This document shows, one piece after another, positions 54,983 through 64,000 of a DNA stretch of 64,000 nucleotides (positions are counted from its first letter, which is position 1; each line of letters starts with the position of its first letter). The translations under genes were made by a program, and so were the position numbers. The stretch lies in the NCBI GenBank assembly GCA_022820835.1, contig JAJEET010000157.1, forward strand, positions 4,315-68,314, given 5' to 3'. The stretch is from Candidatus Poribacteria bacterium. Its GTDB lineage: Bacteria; Poribacteria; WGA-4E; WGA-3G. The notes under the pieces are model-generated. The model ran no database searches, was not told the origin of the DNA, and was given only the letters and a program-made list of their open reading frames with translations.

Positions 54983-55912
54983 ATGAAATATATTATGGCA
55001 GCCGGATCCGGCACACGATTTATTTTTTTCGTGAGTCTGTTCGTTTTTGGTCTCCAGATTTGCAGTGCTGACGATGATATTCATAAGGATAACATCGTCG
55101 TGATTCTTGATGCCTCCGGCTCAATGCAGGAAAAGTTTAGTAGCGACCAGACGAAGTCGAAGATGGAAGCAGCGAAGGCGGCACTACTGGAAGTCCTCTC
55201 GAAAGTTCCAGACGGTACACAGATCGGATTACTGGTGTTTAGCGGTGCCAATATCCAAAACGAATGGGTGTATGCGTTGGGACCGAAGGACACACAAAGA
55301 TTGACAGCAGCGATTCAGTTACCACAACCGGGTGGTAATACACCGCTGGGGCGATATATCCGAATCGGTGCGAACCGTCTTCTTGAACAGCGCGAAAAAC
55401 AGTATAACTACGGAAACTATCGGCTATTAATTGTTACAGACGGCGAGGCTTCGGATGCCGACAAAGTCAGACATTACACTCCTGAAATCCTTAATCGGCA
55501 AATCCGCGTTGACGTGATTGGTGTCGATATGACGACCAATCACATGTTGGCAAATTTTGTAGATAGTTACCGCAAGGCAGACAATCCGGGTGAGTTGGTG
55601 GCGGCAGTCTCTGAGATTCTTGCGGAAACAGCCGATACGGGTACAGATGTCAGTGGTGAAGATGCATTTGAATACATTGCCCCGCTTTCAGACGAAATCG
55701 CCGCCGATTTAATTCAACGTCTTACAACGCCTCCGAGTAATGCGTCAATCGCTATAAAACCGACGGAGACACGCCCTTCACAACCAACACCACCGAGACA
55801 AACACCGGCCCCACAGCGGCAGGATACTGAAAACCGAGGCATGCTATGGTTTATTTTTCTCTTGGTCGTAATAACCGTTGCCGGTTTCTTGGTTTTCAGA
55901 AATAGGAAATAG
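54983..55912 (+). CDS. vWA domain protein with N-terminal signal and C-terminal TM anchor
   Basis: MIDAS DASGS (VVILDASGSM) and LLIVTDGEASD. A Pro-rich linker precedes the C-terminal helix MLWFIFLLVVITVAGFLVF. Confidence 0.85.
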   Translation: MKYIMAAGSGTRFIFFVSLFVFGLQICSADDDIHKDNIVVILDASGSMQEKFSSDQTKSKMEAAKAALLEVLSKVPDGTQIGLLVFSGANIQNEWVYALGPKDTQRLTAAIQLPQPGGNTPLGRYIRIGANRLLEQREKQYNYGNYRLLIVTDGEASDADKVRHYTPEILNRQIRVDVIGVDMTTNHMLANFVDSYRKADNPGELVAAVSEILAETADTGTDVSGEDAFEYIAPLSDEIAADLIQRLTTPPSNASIAIKPTETRPSQPTPPRQTPAPQRQDTENRGMLWFIFLLVVITVAGFLVFRNRK

Positions 55913-55916
55913 AACT

Positions 55917-57512
55917 ATGGACGCAGGTAAGAAAAAACGGATCATCATCGCAGCAGCAAGTTGGCTGATTATCATTGGTATAATCGGGTTGGTCTACAAA
56001 TTTGTTGTTGAACCATGGCTCCGCGGTGATCTCGTTAAAGAGACGAGTACACAACGGTATGCCCACACTATCAAAGTTGCGCACGACTCGTTTCCGGGTT
56101 ATGCGGTGCTGCGTTCTACTGCTGTTCAGAATCTTTTGGATCGTCAAGGGATTAAACTCACGTTCATTGATGATAAAGCCGACTATGTAGGTCGAGCGCG
56201 TGCGCTGAAAAGTGGTAAAGTTCAGATGGCGGTGTTCACTATTGATGCTTATCTGAAGGCGGGTAGCGTGATTGGTGAATTTCCGGGTTCAATTGTCCTC
56301 GTGATTGATGAATCTAAAGGTGCGGATGCGATCGTTGCGCACAAGCGCGGTGTTCCGCAGATACCGAATTTGAGCAATCCGAGAGCACGTATTGTGCTGA
56401 CCCCAGATTCTCCGAGTGAAACGCTGGCACGGATTATGATCAACAAGATGAGTCTTCCGAGTTTACCTTCATCGTGGGCAGTGGAAACAAATGGTGCTGA
56501 AGATGCCTACAAGAAGCTCAAGTCGGCTGACCCGGATGATCCATATGCCTATGTCCTTTGGGAACCGTATGTAACAAAAGCACTCACTATTGATGGTGTG
56601 CATCTGCTGCTGGACAGTTCAAAACTGAAAGGCTATATCGTTGATGTGTTAGTGGTTCAGCGTGGATTTTTGGATTCCCAACGTGAACTCGTCACGCACG
56701 TTGTCCAAGCCTATCTTCGTGCCAACTATGATTACAACAACCAACCGAATGGTTTAGCCGCCTTGATCCAGGCGGATGCGAAGCAGTATGGTGACCCGCT
56801 TAACCGAAATGAGACGGATAAATTAGTCAAGGGTATCGAGTGGCGTAACACAGTTGAGAATTACGCGCATTTCGGTGTGATTTCCTCGACGGAATCGAAA
56901 GGGACAGAACGTCTTGAAACGATGATCGCTAAAATTACGCAGGTGCTGGTGCAGACGAATTCAATCCCTACGGATCCAGTATCAGGAAATTACGAGCAGC
57001 TCTTCTTTGAGGGTATTTTGCGCTCACTTCATCACGATAAGTTTCACCCTGGCATGTTGAGTGCAAGTGATAACGATGGATTAGGTGATATTTTCGCTGG
57101 TTCAACGCCGATGGAACAGGTACGAGAAGAAGCTGTGCTGAATCCACTTTCTGACACAAACTGGAACACACTTGCACCTGTAGCGGCGATGAAAGTAGAT
57201 CCGATTCAATTCGGACGTGGAAATGCTCGGATTCTTCCAGGCAGTGAACGCGCGTTGAAAGAACTCGCTGCAAATTTGAAATCGTTTCCGCAGTACTATC
57301 TCAGAGTGGTAGGACACACGCGTCAGGAAGGGGATCCGGAGGCGAACCGGGTTCTTGCTTCACAACGTGCTGAGGCTGCGGCGCAAGCATTGAGAAACTT
57401 TGGCATCGCAAATCATCGTATCCGCGCGATTGCGAGTACCCGTACCTCTACGCAGATGCGTGGGGCAGCAGCTCAAAGTGTTACATTCGAGCTCCTTGGC
57501 AAGCCGTATTGA
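55917..57512 (+). CDS. Membrane-anchored PBP-like domain fused to an OmpA/MotB-like C-terminal domain
   Basis: ATG 55917 lies 4 nt after the vWA stop. TM helix IIIAAASWLIIIGIIGLVY. C-terminus LRVVGHTRQEGDPEANRVLASQRAEAAAQAL. Confidence 0.7.
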   Translation: MDAGKKKRIIIAAASWLIIIGIIGLVYKFVVEPWLRGDLVKETSTQRYAHTIKVAHDSFPGYAVLRSTAVQNLLDRQGIKLTFIDDKADYVGRARALKSGKVQMAVFTIDAYLKAGSVIGEFPGSIVLVIDESKGADAIVAHKRGVPQIPNLSNPRARIVLTPDSPSETLARIMINKMSLPSLPSSWAVETNGAEDAYKKLKSADPDDPYAYVLWEPYVTKALTIDGVHLLLDSSKLKGYIVDVLVVQRGFLDSQRELVTHVVQAYLRANYDYNNQPNGLAALIQADAKQYGDPLNRNETDKLVKGIEWRNTVENYAHFGVISSTESKGTERLETMIAKITQVLVQTNSIPTDPVSGNYEQLFFEGILRSLHHDKFHPGMLSASDNDGLGDIFAGSTPMEQVREEAVLNPLSDTNWNTLAPVAAMKVDPIQFGRGNARILPGSERALKELAANLKSFPQYYLRVVGHTRQEGDPEANRVLASQRAEAAAQALRNFGIANHRIRAIASTRTSTQMRGAAAQSVTFELLGKPY

Positions 57513-57636
<124 letters not shown>

Positions 57637-57645
57637 TAAAAGACA

Positions 57646-58419
57646 TTGATTGATCGGAAATTGTTTCGGAGAAAATTCTTACTCCATCTTCTCGGTAACC
57701 CTTCCGTTGTCTTCCCTTTTGCTGGTGGGGTCTCCATCGCCTTTGCATCCTGGATACTCAATTTAGAACCGCAAATTCTCTATCTATTCGGCAGTGCTAT
57801 CCTCAGTACCTTAGTTCCTATCGGTGCTCTGATTAGCAAGTGGGCAACAGGTACAGACGATATAGCGCAACAGGTTCATCGCGAGATTCTTCAGGAAGTG
57901 CAGCACGATCAAGAGACGGAGCTCAACACTCTACACGAACAGCTTGAAACCGATGGCGATGCTCGGACAGAAACGATGCTTGGAGAACTCCGTACCTTGC
58001 ACAAATCGTTTCAGGAGGAAGCTGGTGGCGACGGATGGATGGGTTCACTTCCTATTAGCGTTAGGGCTGACATCACCGACAAAGTTTCAGAACTTTTTAC
58101 ACAAGCTGTGCATTGCCTGAAAGATTCACTTAAGATGCATCAAAAATCAACGGAGACACAACTCGGAACTACCGTCAAAAATGTCCTGCAACAACACCGC
58201 GAACAACAGATTAAAGACGTTCAGCAGACGATTATTCAACTTTCACATCTTTATGCCCGGGTACTAACACTCAATCCTGAAAGCGATGAGACTGAACTCA
58301 CACGGCTGCGCACTGAACTTGATGAGAGTCTCGCTTTTGCGAAACAGGTTGATGCAAAGATACGTGAACTAACACCAGCACAGAATTACGACACGCTTGA
58401 AAATAAAGATAAAGAGTAA
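57646..58419 (+). CDS. Two-TM protein with long coiled-coil tail, unknown function
   Basis: The ORF opens with TTG, and there is no in-frame ATG before the TM helices. Helices VVFPFAGGVSIAFASWIL and LYLFGSAILSTLVPIGALI. The remainder is Q/E/L-rich. The next gene starts 12 nt downstream. Confidence 0.5.
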   Translation: MIDRKLFRRKFLLHLLGNPSVVFPFAGGVSIAFASWILNLEPQILYLFGSAILSTLVPIGALISKWATGTDDIAQQVHREILQEVQHDQETELNTLHEQLETDGDARTETMLGELRTLHKSFQEEAGGDGWMGSLPISVRADITDKVSELFTQAVHCLKDSLKMHQKSTETQLGTTVKNVLQQHREQQIKDVQQTIIQLSHLYARVLTLNPESDETELTRLRTELDESLAFAKQVDAKIRELTPAQNYDTLENKDKE

Positions 58420-58431
58420 AGGACGAAATTT

Positions 58432-60213
58432 ATGGAAGTTCGCATACGGCACTACGACAACATTCCCAGTTACTGGGAACCTGTTTTAGAACGTTTAAAG
58501 CAACTTGAAGATCTCACACAGCAAATTAAGAAAACAAAAAAGGAACGACAAAACACTTCAAACGAGACACTCCAAACGTTCTATACACAGCACGATGCGT
58601 TGCTTGCGGATACACGTTCTTGTTTGCAACACGTGCGATCCGACTGTGATGAGGCGATCTTAGATACCGCGTTTGTTGAGGCTGTCTGGTTGGCTCTCGA
58701 ACACTATCCATCCCTGGTACATCATCCAGAAATAGAAAATTTAGATACCGCTGGTTCTAAAATCTTTACACTCTTTAAGCCGGATGCCCCAGCATCTATG
58801 GAACTGCGCGAGAAACTCAAAAGTGCACTCCAACACGCATTCAATCTGGATTCGGAAACAGTAGGCAGGCTTAATCGGGAACTGTCCCTACGCACGCGTC
58901 CACTCCACTATCGGCATCAAATTATGAAGAGTTTAGAGAGACACTTCAACTTGGTGTCAGATAATTCGAAATTGGACGCGGATATTTTACAACTCTTTCA
59001 GTACGTTTATCCGGGTGCGCCGTTTGAAGTTGGTGAGGTAAGGTTGGTGAAAACATCTTCCGCGCTCTATTTTTGCCTTCCGACTGAACCAACGGAGAAG
59101 GCACAAGAAGCCAAGCAGAATGTGGAAAACAGCACGTCAGAACATTCCAAATCCGATTATGAAAAATTTCTCCGAAAAATTTGGGAAGTAGAACCTTTTG
59201 CACACTTCCCAGTGTTCGGAACCTTTAATGCAGAAGATTTGGACCTAACCCTGCGTCAGGGGATCGTCGCTGATACCGAACTGCCTCTGGAGTTGATTAC
59301 GTCAACATTGACACGGATGATAGGTGTGCTGCCTTTAGCAGAACTTGACAAATACCTAATCCACGATACTTGGGGACACCAGTGGCAGGAAAGTTTACTC
59401 GATTTCGAGGTGCCCTACACGGCATTGACATTATTCCAACGCCCGCTCTCTTTAGCGGAAACGGCATCCGTTTTCGGGAAGCAGACTTCATTCGCTGACA
59501 CATTTTTCAAAACAGAGGCAGGAAAAATGGAACTTGATCCTATCAAACTACAGCAATTTATTGACGCGGAATTATACGAGCGCGGAATTATAGCCTTTAC
59601 CCCTATTCTTGCAGAATTGTTGGCGGATGTCGTAGAATACAAGTTCTTAGAACTCTATCCTGAACAGGAACATCTACTGCCGAGTTCTTCCTTGCTCAAA
59701 GCGTTTCCGAGTAAACTGGATTTGACCCTCGCAGACTTGCGCACCTGTTTTGTACACGCCTCCGAAGTTTTTCAAAATTGGATTACCTCCGCGTCAACAC
59801 AACAAGACTTACATGCCGAAATCTGTGAGAAACTTGATGTTCCGAACGATGCGTTGAAACATAAGGAACTTTCGGAAATCCTTAGCACTGCGGTTGAACT
59901 CTGTAAGGCGCAGCTGCACGCTTTTTACCAGCCAGAATGGGCTTGGGAACGAACCGAAGACGGTTTCTTAAAGCCGAATGCGTTTAGTTTAGCAGCCCTG
60001 AATTTTCTACGAATTCACACTGCTCTTATTCACACTTACGAAGAGCTATCAAAGATTGAGACCCGGTATGGTTTCAAAGATATTCTGGTGTTGTCAATGG
60101 GTACTTTCTTTGAAAGAAATCCACAACAGAACATCTGGCAGCTTGACAGTTTTTTAACAGAAGCGTTTTTTCCACGTTGGGAAAAATTGAATGCGGTGGA
60201 ACTGAGTTCTTGA
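58432..60213 (+). CDS. Hypothetical 593-aa protein
   Basis: Long ORF with consistent codon usage and SD-like AAGGA. No motif recognised apart from an HDTWGH stretch. Confidence 0.7.
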   Translation: MEVRIRHYDNIPSYWEPVLERLKQLEDLTQQIKKTKKERQNTSNETLQTFYTQHDALLADTRSCLQHVRSDCDEAILDTAFVEAVWLALEHYPSLVHHPEIENLDTAGSKIFTLFKPDAPASMELREKLKSALQHAFNLDSETVGRLNRELSLRTRPLHYRHQIMKSLERHFNLVSDNSKLDADILQLFQYVYPGAPFEVGEVRLVKTSSALYFCLPTEPTEKAQEAKQNVENSTSEHSKSDYEKFLRKIWEVEPFAHFPVFGTFNAEDLDLTLRQGIVADTELPLELITSTLTRMIGVLPLAELDKYLIHDTWGHQWQESLLDFEVPYTALTLFQRPLSLAETASVFGKQTSFADTFFKTEAGKMELDPIKLQQFIDAELYERGIIAFTPILAELLADVVEYKFLELYPEQEHLLPSSSLLKAFPSKLDLTLADLRTCFVHASEVFQNWITSASTQQDLHAEICEKLDVPNDALKHKELSEILSTAVELCKAQLHAFYQPEWAWERTEDGFLKPNAFSLAALNFLRIHTALIHTYEELSKIETRYGFKDILVLSMGTFFERNPQQNIWQLDSFLTEAFFPRWEKLNAVELSS

Positions 60214-60265
60214 GTGATCGGCAGATACTGTTGTACGCGCTTGATACGATGATTACGGACTCAGG

Positions 60266-61651
60266 TCACGGATTGCTTCCGCGATGTGAGTGCAGTTTTT
60301 CACGCATACGTTCGTAAGCGAGGTTCGCGCCAGCGATGTTACCCGCAGCTGGTCCTATCTGGAGTTGCGCGATAGTGCCGGAACCGAAAAGATCCTGCAC
60401 CGGTTGGAGTTGTAAATCGTCATCCAGACATGGTAAACCTCGGACGATCGGAATCTGGTATTTTGTGATTAATTCCGCTAAAAATCCGTAACGACGTAGA
60501 TCAAATTGATATCCCGTTGCCAAAATGACGCGAGACACATTTGTGATGGTGGTTCGCGTCGTTTCAATTTTCAACCTTTGTGCCGATGGAGATTCTTCTG
60601 TTGAAACGATGTTATGGATACAGGTTTTAGGATACAGATCAATGTTTGAAGCACTTACTAACGTCTCCATAATATTAGGGGTGATGCTTCCTTCGCCTCT
60701 ATTTTGCTGAATGATGTCGTAGCGCCGCCTAAAATTGGTCTCGTTTGCGAATTCGGTGAGTGCCTTGGGACCTAACCAGATCGGTGGAAAATCAAATTGC
60801 TCCATCTTCAGCTCTTTCCGCGCGATTAACACCACGTGATGCCCCTGCTCGCTGAGACTTTTAGCGAGTGTTCCCGCCGTTAATCCACCTCCAACGATAA
60901 CAATTTTACCACCAGTGTGTTGCCCATCTTTATTAGAATCGACTGTAAATTGCGATGCGTGTAGAATCGTTTTAGGATATTTGCGTTGCCACTGTGCAAA
61001 CTCCGGCGGTACATAAGCACAGTCGTCAGCTCCGATGGCGAGGACGACACAACTGCTCCGAAACCCGGTATTGTTCGTTGAGATGAGTCGGAACGGAAAT
61101 CTGCCCGCGCTTTTGTCCCATCGTAATTTTTCCACCTCAAACTGATGATAGACCTTGTATGCTGCGAGTTCAGTAAGTATCGTCGTGCAGAAATCCCGAA
61201 AGAGTTGGGTGGAAGGCTGCGAGTATGGAGGTGCTAACTCATCCTCTCGGTTGTGGTGCTCTGCGTATTCAACAACACCGAGTGCATCCGGTGTAATGTG
61301 ATGAACAGCTGGAGATCGGAGGAAGGTCATCCCTTGGCGTTCTGTTTTGTGTTTCCATTGTGTAAGCGGGAGTGGATAGCGATCAAGAATTACGAGGCGG
61401 TTCGCTGCTGTCGGTATTTCGCGGAGCAGTCGAAGTGCGATAGACACACCGTGTATGCCACCACCGACAATGGTAATGGGGATATTCCGGTGTGCTAAGT
61501 AGTTTTCAGTTTTCAGTTGTCGGTTGTCGTTGGGAATGGCTTTCAGCTTTCGGCTTTCGGAAACCGTCAGTAAAAGGGTTTCGGATTCGCCAGACCCTTT
61601 TTCTATTAATGGCTGATGGTTGATGGAAACTGATGGCTGATGGCTCGTCAT
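60266..61651 (-). CDS. FAD/NAD(P)-binding oxidoreductase (two Rossmann motifs; N-hydroxylating monooxygenase-like)
   Basis: ITIVGGGIHGVS and IVIVGGGLTAGT. The first 50 codons are encoded by repeat copy E7, so the true start is uncertain. Confidence 0.7.
   Translation of the reverse strand: MTSHQPSVSINHQPLIEKGSGESETLLLTVSESRKLKAIPNDNRQLKTENYLAHRNIPITIVGGGIHGVSIALRLLREIPTAANRLVILDRYPLPLTQWKHKTERQGMTFLRSPAVHHITPDALGVVEYAEHHNREDELAPPYSQPSTQLFRDFCTTILTELAAYKVYHQFEVEKLRWDKSAGRFPFRLISTNNTGFRSSCVVLAIGADDCAYVPPEFAQWQRKYPKTILHASQFTVDSNKDGQHTGGKIVIVGGGLTAGTLAKSLSEQGHHVVLIARKELKMEQFDFPPIWLGPKALTEFANETNFRRRYDIIQQNRGEGSITPNIMETLVSASNIDLYPKTCIHNIVSTEESPSAQRLKIETTRTTITNVSRVILATGYQFDLRRYGFLAELITKYQIPIVRGLPCLDDDLQLQPVQDLFGSGTIAQLQIGPAAGNIAGANLAYERMREKLHSHRGSNP
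61500..61645. repeat. Composite inverted heptad-repeat element, copy E7
   Basis: TAGTTTT CAGTTTT CAGTTGT ... CGGAAACCGTCAGTAAAAG, a stem GGGT..ACCC, then CTTTTTC ... GGCTGAT GGTTGAT GGAAACT GATGGCT GATGGC. Confidence 0.85.
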
Positions 61652-61663
61652 TAGATGAAAAAC

Positions 61664-62497
61664 TTAATCGGTGTTGGGTCCGGGTAGATGGAAACTTTTA
61701 AGCGCGAAGGTCTCTGAAAACAACTCTTCGGTTGCCCGGTAGCGGCTGTATCTGTATTGGACGATACCGATAGCGGGTGCGACCCAGTAAATTGCGGGTG
61801 GACTAATCAAGAAAATCGAGGGATCGGCACTATCACCGTAAACGATCTCTTCGTGTACGACATACGTCGTATAACTTCCGGCAGGTACAGTAACCTGTAC
61901 ATCCTTCTCTGCGACATAACGCGTGACTTTCACGGGTATACCTACAGTTTTCTCAAAAACGACCCATTGCTTTCCGACTTGCAGCGGAAAATCCCAGAGA
62001 CGGCGCGGCGGGAAATGTTTCTTGTGTTGGACAATAACGGTAGCGGCAGAGGATGGCACGAAAATATCGAAAGCGGATTCCTCCAATGCTTGTGCGGTCT
62101 TTGAGAAGTAGGTCGCAAAGATCGGGAGCGGGAATACATCTAGGAATTCAGCATCTAATCGTAGATAAAAAGCATTTGCGACCAAGTGATCAATAGCCTG
62201 CCAGTTGAATTGGTCAGTATCAACGGGGTTAAGTTCGCTGACAGTCATCTGCCGATGCGTTGTTCCACTGATATCGCGTGTTCCTTCAACACGGCGTGTG
62301 AATTCCTGATCGGTGTTCACGTTGACATAAGTCCATGCGGAGCCAGTATCTGTCGGGAAGTCAATCGCGTGGAGTCGTCCGGTAGTATTCGGCGGCGGCA
62401 GCGTGATTTCGCCGTGCGGGTCAACGAGTCCTTCGTCGCCGCAACTGGAAAGGAGTAGCAGGAGAATGGCTATCAGCCATCGGCTTTCGGAAACCAT
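61664..62497 (-). CDS. Putative lipoprotein, unknown function
   Basis: ATG 62497 gives MVSESRWLIAILLLLLSSCGDE, which is lipobox-like (LSSC), but there is no SD. The ORF stays open upstream to ATG 62647, which overlaps the preceding stop (TAATG). Confidence 0.55.
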   Translation of the reverse strand: MVSESRWLIAILLLLLSSCGDEGLVDPHGEITLPPPNTTGRLHAIDFPTDTGSAWTYVNVNTDQEFTRRVEGTRDISGTTHRQMTVSELNPVDTDQFNWQAIDHLVANAFYLRLDAEFLDVFPLPIFATYFSKTAQALEESAFDIFVPSSAATVIVQHKKHFPPRRLWDFPLQVGKQWVVFEKTVGIPVKVTRYVAEKDVQVTVPAGSYTTYVVHEEIVYGDSADPSIFLISPPAIYWVAPAIGIVQYRYSRYRATEELFSETFALKSFHLPGPNTD

Positions 62498-62642
62498 CAG
62501 CAAAACGGCTTTCGGAAACCTTCGGCTGACGGCTTTCAGGAAAGAAAAGAGGCGTTTTATAACGCTTGCGTTTTTGCTGGCAGCTGGCGACTGATGACTA
62601 ACTGCTAATGACTGATGACCGATGGCTGATGGTTGATGGTTG
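62465..62642. repeat. Composite inverted heptad-repeat element, copy E9
   Basis: Left arm heptads contain GGCTTTCGGAAACC units. Centre is AAAGAAAAGAG-GCGTTTTATAACGC. Right arm is CTGGCAG CTGGCGA CTGATGA CTAACTG CTAATGA CTGATGA CCGATGG CTGATGG TTGATGG. Confidence 0.85.
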
Positions 62643-62646
62643 TTCA

Positions 62647-63999
62647 TTATTTCACCACACAAAATTTGCCGGTGCTTTGGAACCCGTTTCCGTCGGTTGC
62701 TCGGAAAAAGTAGAGTCCGGTGCAGACCATTTCACCGCGTGCGTTTGTGCAATCCCATTCGGAAGCGTTATTGAGTACTTTGACCAAACTTCCGAAAGCG
62801 TCGTATATTTCAACGGTTAATCCCTTCGGATAGAACGACAGATATTTTCCCTGTGCAACATAGAGTGGATTGGGTGCGACAGTGACAATCCGTTCTGCGC
62901 TATTCGCAATATAGTTGAAGGTTTGTCCTTGCCAGATTTGGGTGCCTGTCACACCAGAGGGTGTCTGTCCTCGAATTTTGTAAAGATAGATACCTGTCGG
63001 CGGAAATCCGTTAGTGCGAAGCGTTCCGATCCACTTTGTCGCTGTCTCCTGTCTGAGAAAGACGGTATAACCGTCTTTACTGGGACTTTCTACTGTTAGG
63101 TTTGGTGCGCTTTGTAGCGGTTGTGTGCTTTGCACTTCAACCTGCCATTCACCAGTGCCGCTCGGTTGCGTCCGAATGAAAAACGCGGGTGCTCCGTTCA
63201 CTGCGTCAATCTCTGGAACGATACTGTTCGGCACAATACTCGGCGTACCCATAATACCCATTGCGTCAACAGGTACAACGGCGTAATAATAGTGGTATTC
63301 GCTATCAATATTGATCGCTTCAAAGACAGTTGTGTCTTCAAATCGGGTTTGCGTGATGTTTACGCGTCCGACGATCTCTATATCGTCTTCAGGGATACCG
63401 TTTTCGTCCCGGTCAGCGGCGGCGAGGACTTCATCGGAATTCTGAAAGGGTTGTGGTACATCTGTTTCGCTCTGTAAGAGGTAGCGTTTTCTGACAATCA
63501 CCACGTCACGAATACCGGTCGGATTGCTAACTTCCCATGTCACGACGGGGCCAGTGTTACCTTGGGAGACGGTAGCGTTGGAAAGTATCCCTGTCGGCGG
63601 TGCGCCTGCTGTATAACTGACAGCCCCTCCGAAAGTTCCACCGGGGATTATAACCTGTTCGACATCGGGATGCATATTGATTAGAACGAGCGTAATTTCC
63701 TGAATATCTCCGCCGAAATCTTTGAAGGTCATCTGTGCTTCTTGGGAACGTTGATAGGTGAACGCCTCTTTGATTTCAGTTGTGCCATTTTGTTTTCTGA
63801 CGATAAATTTGGCAGCCCATCCGCGCAGTCCGGTAAATGTGTGTCGATCTAATTCTGACTGAATTTTTTCTCGATCAGTATGCGTTAGGCTCCGCATATC
63901 TATTGGTGCGAGGTCTGCGCCATTAATTTTGACTGCGAATTCAGGCATAACACCGGCGGGTCGGAAAACGATGTACCTTGATGCAAAATGCTCAGGCAT
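62647..63999 (-). CDS. Secreted multi-domain protein with T9SS/FlgD-Ig-like C-terminal domain (5' end may lie beyond the window)
   Basis: The long ORF reaches the window edge. C-terminus APNPLYVAQGKYLSFYP...GLYFFRA...GKFCVVK resembles the CTD of the WD40 paralogues. Confidence 0.7.
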   Translation of the reverse strand: MPEHFASRYIVFRPAGVMPEFAVKINGADLAPIDMRSLTHTDREKIQSELDRHTFTGLRGWAAKFIVRKQNGTTEIKEAFTYQRSQEAQMTFKDFGGDIQEITLVLINMHPDVEQVIIPGGTFGGAVSYTAGAPPTGILSNATVSQGNTGPVVTWEVSNPTGIRDVVIVRKRYLLQSETDVPQPFQNSDEVLAAADRDENGIPEDDIEIVGRVNITQTRFEDTTVFEAINIDSEYHYYYAVVPVDAMGIMGTPSIVPNSIVPEIDAVNGAPAFFIRTQPSGTGEWQVEVQSTQPLQSAPNLTVESPSKDGYTVFLRQETATKWIGTLRTNGFPPTGIYLYKIRGQTPSGVTGTQIWQGQTFNYIANSAERIVTVAPNPLYVAQGKYLSFYPKGLTVEIYDAFGSLVKVLNNASEWDCTNARGEMVCTGLYFFRATDGNGFQSTGKFCVVK

Positions 64000-64000
64000 G

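Noticed and set aside
52060-55912. Calling the DUF4159 + vWA genes a Bat/aerotolerance (MoxR-DUF58-BatA/B) operon.
   Set aside because: No MoxR AAA+ ATPase, DUF58 or TPR BatC-like gene is present. Only two of the family types are shared.

Overview
This 64 kb window is bacterial chromosome with no rRNA, tRNA, CRISPR array, transposase or integrase that I can see. All calls rest on motif recognition by eye; no alignment or database search was run.

**Likely origin.** The gene content looks like the PVC/Planctomycetota group or a related candidate phylum. It includes many WD40 beta-propeller proteins, DUF1501 plus DUF1549/DUF1553 (PSCyt) pairs, Cys-type sulfatases without signal peptides, and dockerin plus T9SS-like C-terminal sorting domains. 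This placement is inference only.

**Housekeeping genes.** I recognise tgt, lysA, a purB-like lyase, a PfkB kinase, an enolase-superfamily dehydratase and an ABC ATPase.

**Accessory blocks.**
- 5.3-13.8 kb: an ECF sigma factor fused through a TM helix to about 14 WD40 blades. Two secreted WD40-dockerin-CTD paralogues follow it.
- 15.5-22.6 kb: a PPC-domain protein, a DUF1501 protein and a DUF1549/1553 protein.
- 32.0-36.1 kb: a 1368-aa lipoprotein with about 26 BNR/Ycf48-like blades.
- 36.1-42.3 kb: a DNA-modification/defence island. A leaderless C5-methyltransferase, a membrane vWA protein and an SNF2 helicase with a C-terminal SWIM finger run on the + strand. They converge on an overlapping restriction-endonuclease / Dam-like methyltransferase pair.
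- 52.0-60.2 kb: an envelope cluster of DUF4159, a PBP-like/OmpA protein, a vWA protein, a second PBP-like/OmpA protein, a TM coiled-coil protein and a 593-aa unknown.

**Most unusual signal.** Nine copies of a composite intergenic element occur in the window. Each has inverted arms made of 7-nt tandem units (CAGNNNN ... NNNNCTG) around a conserved core. Nested hairpin modules show compensatory base changes between copies. Some copies supply stop codons, C-terminal codons or N-terminal codons to the flanking genes.

**Other observations.**
- Two long ORF-free regions lie at 28.8-29.8 kb and 43.8-44.4 kb.
- Several tandem duplications are present.
- Clean TTGACA-17-TATAAT-type promoters are common, and two of them imply leaderless mRNAs.
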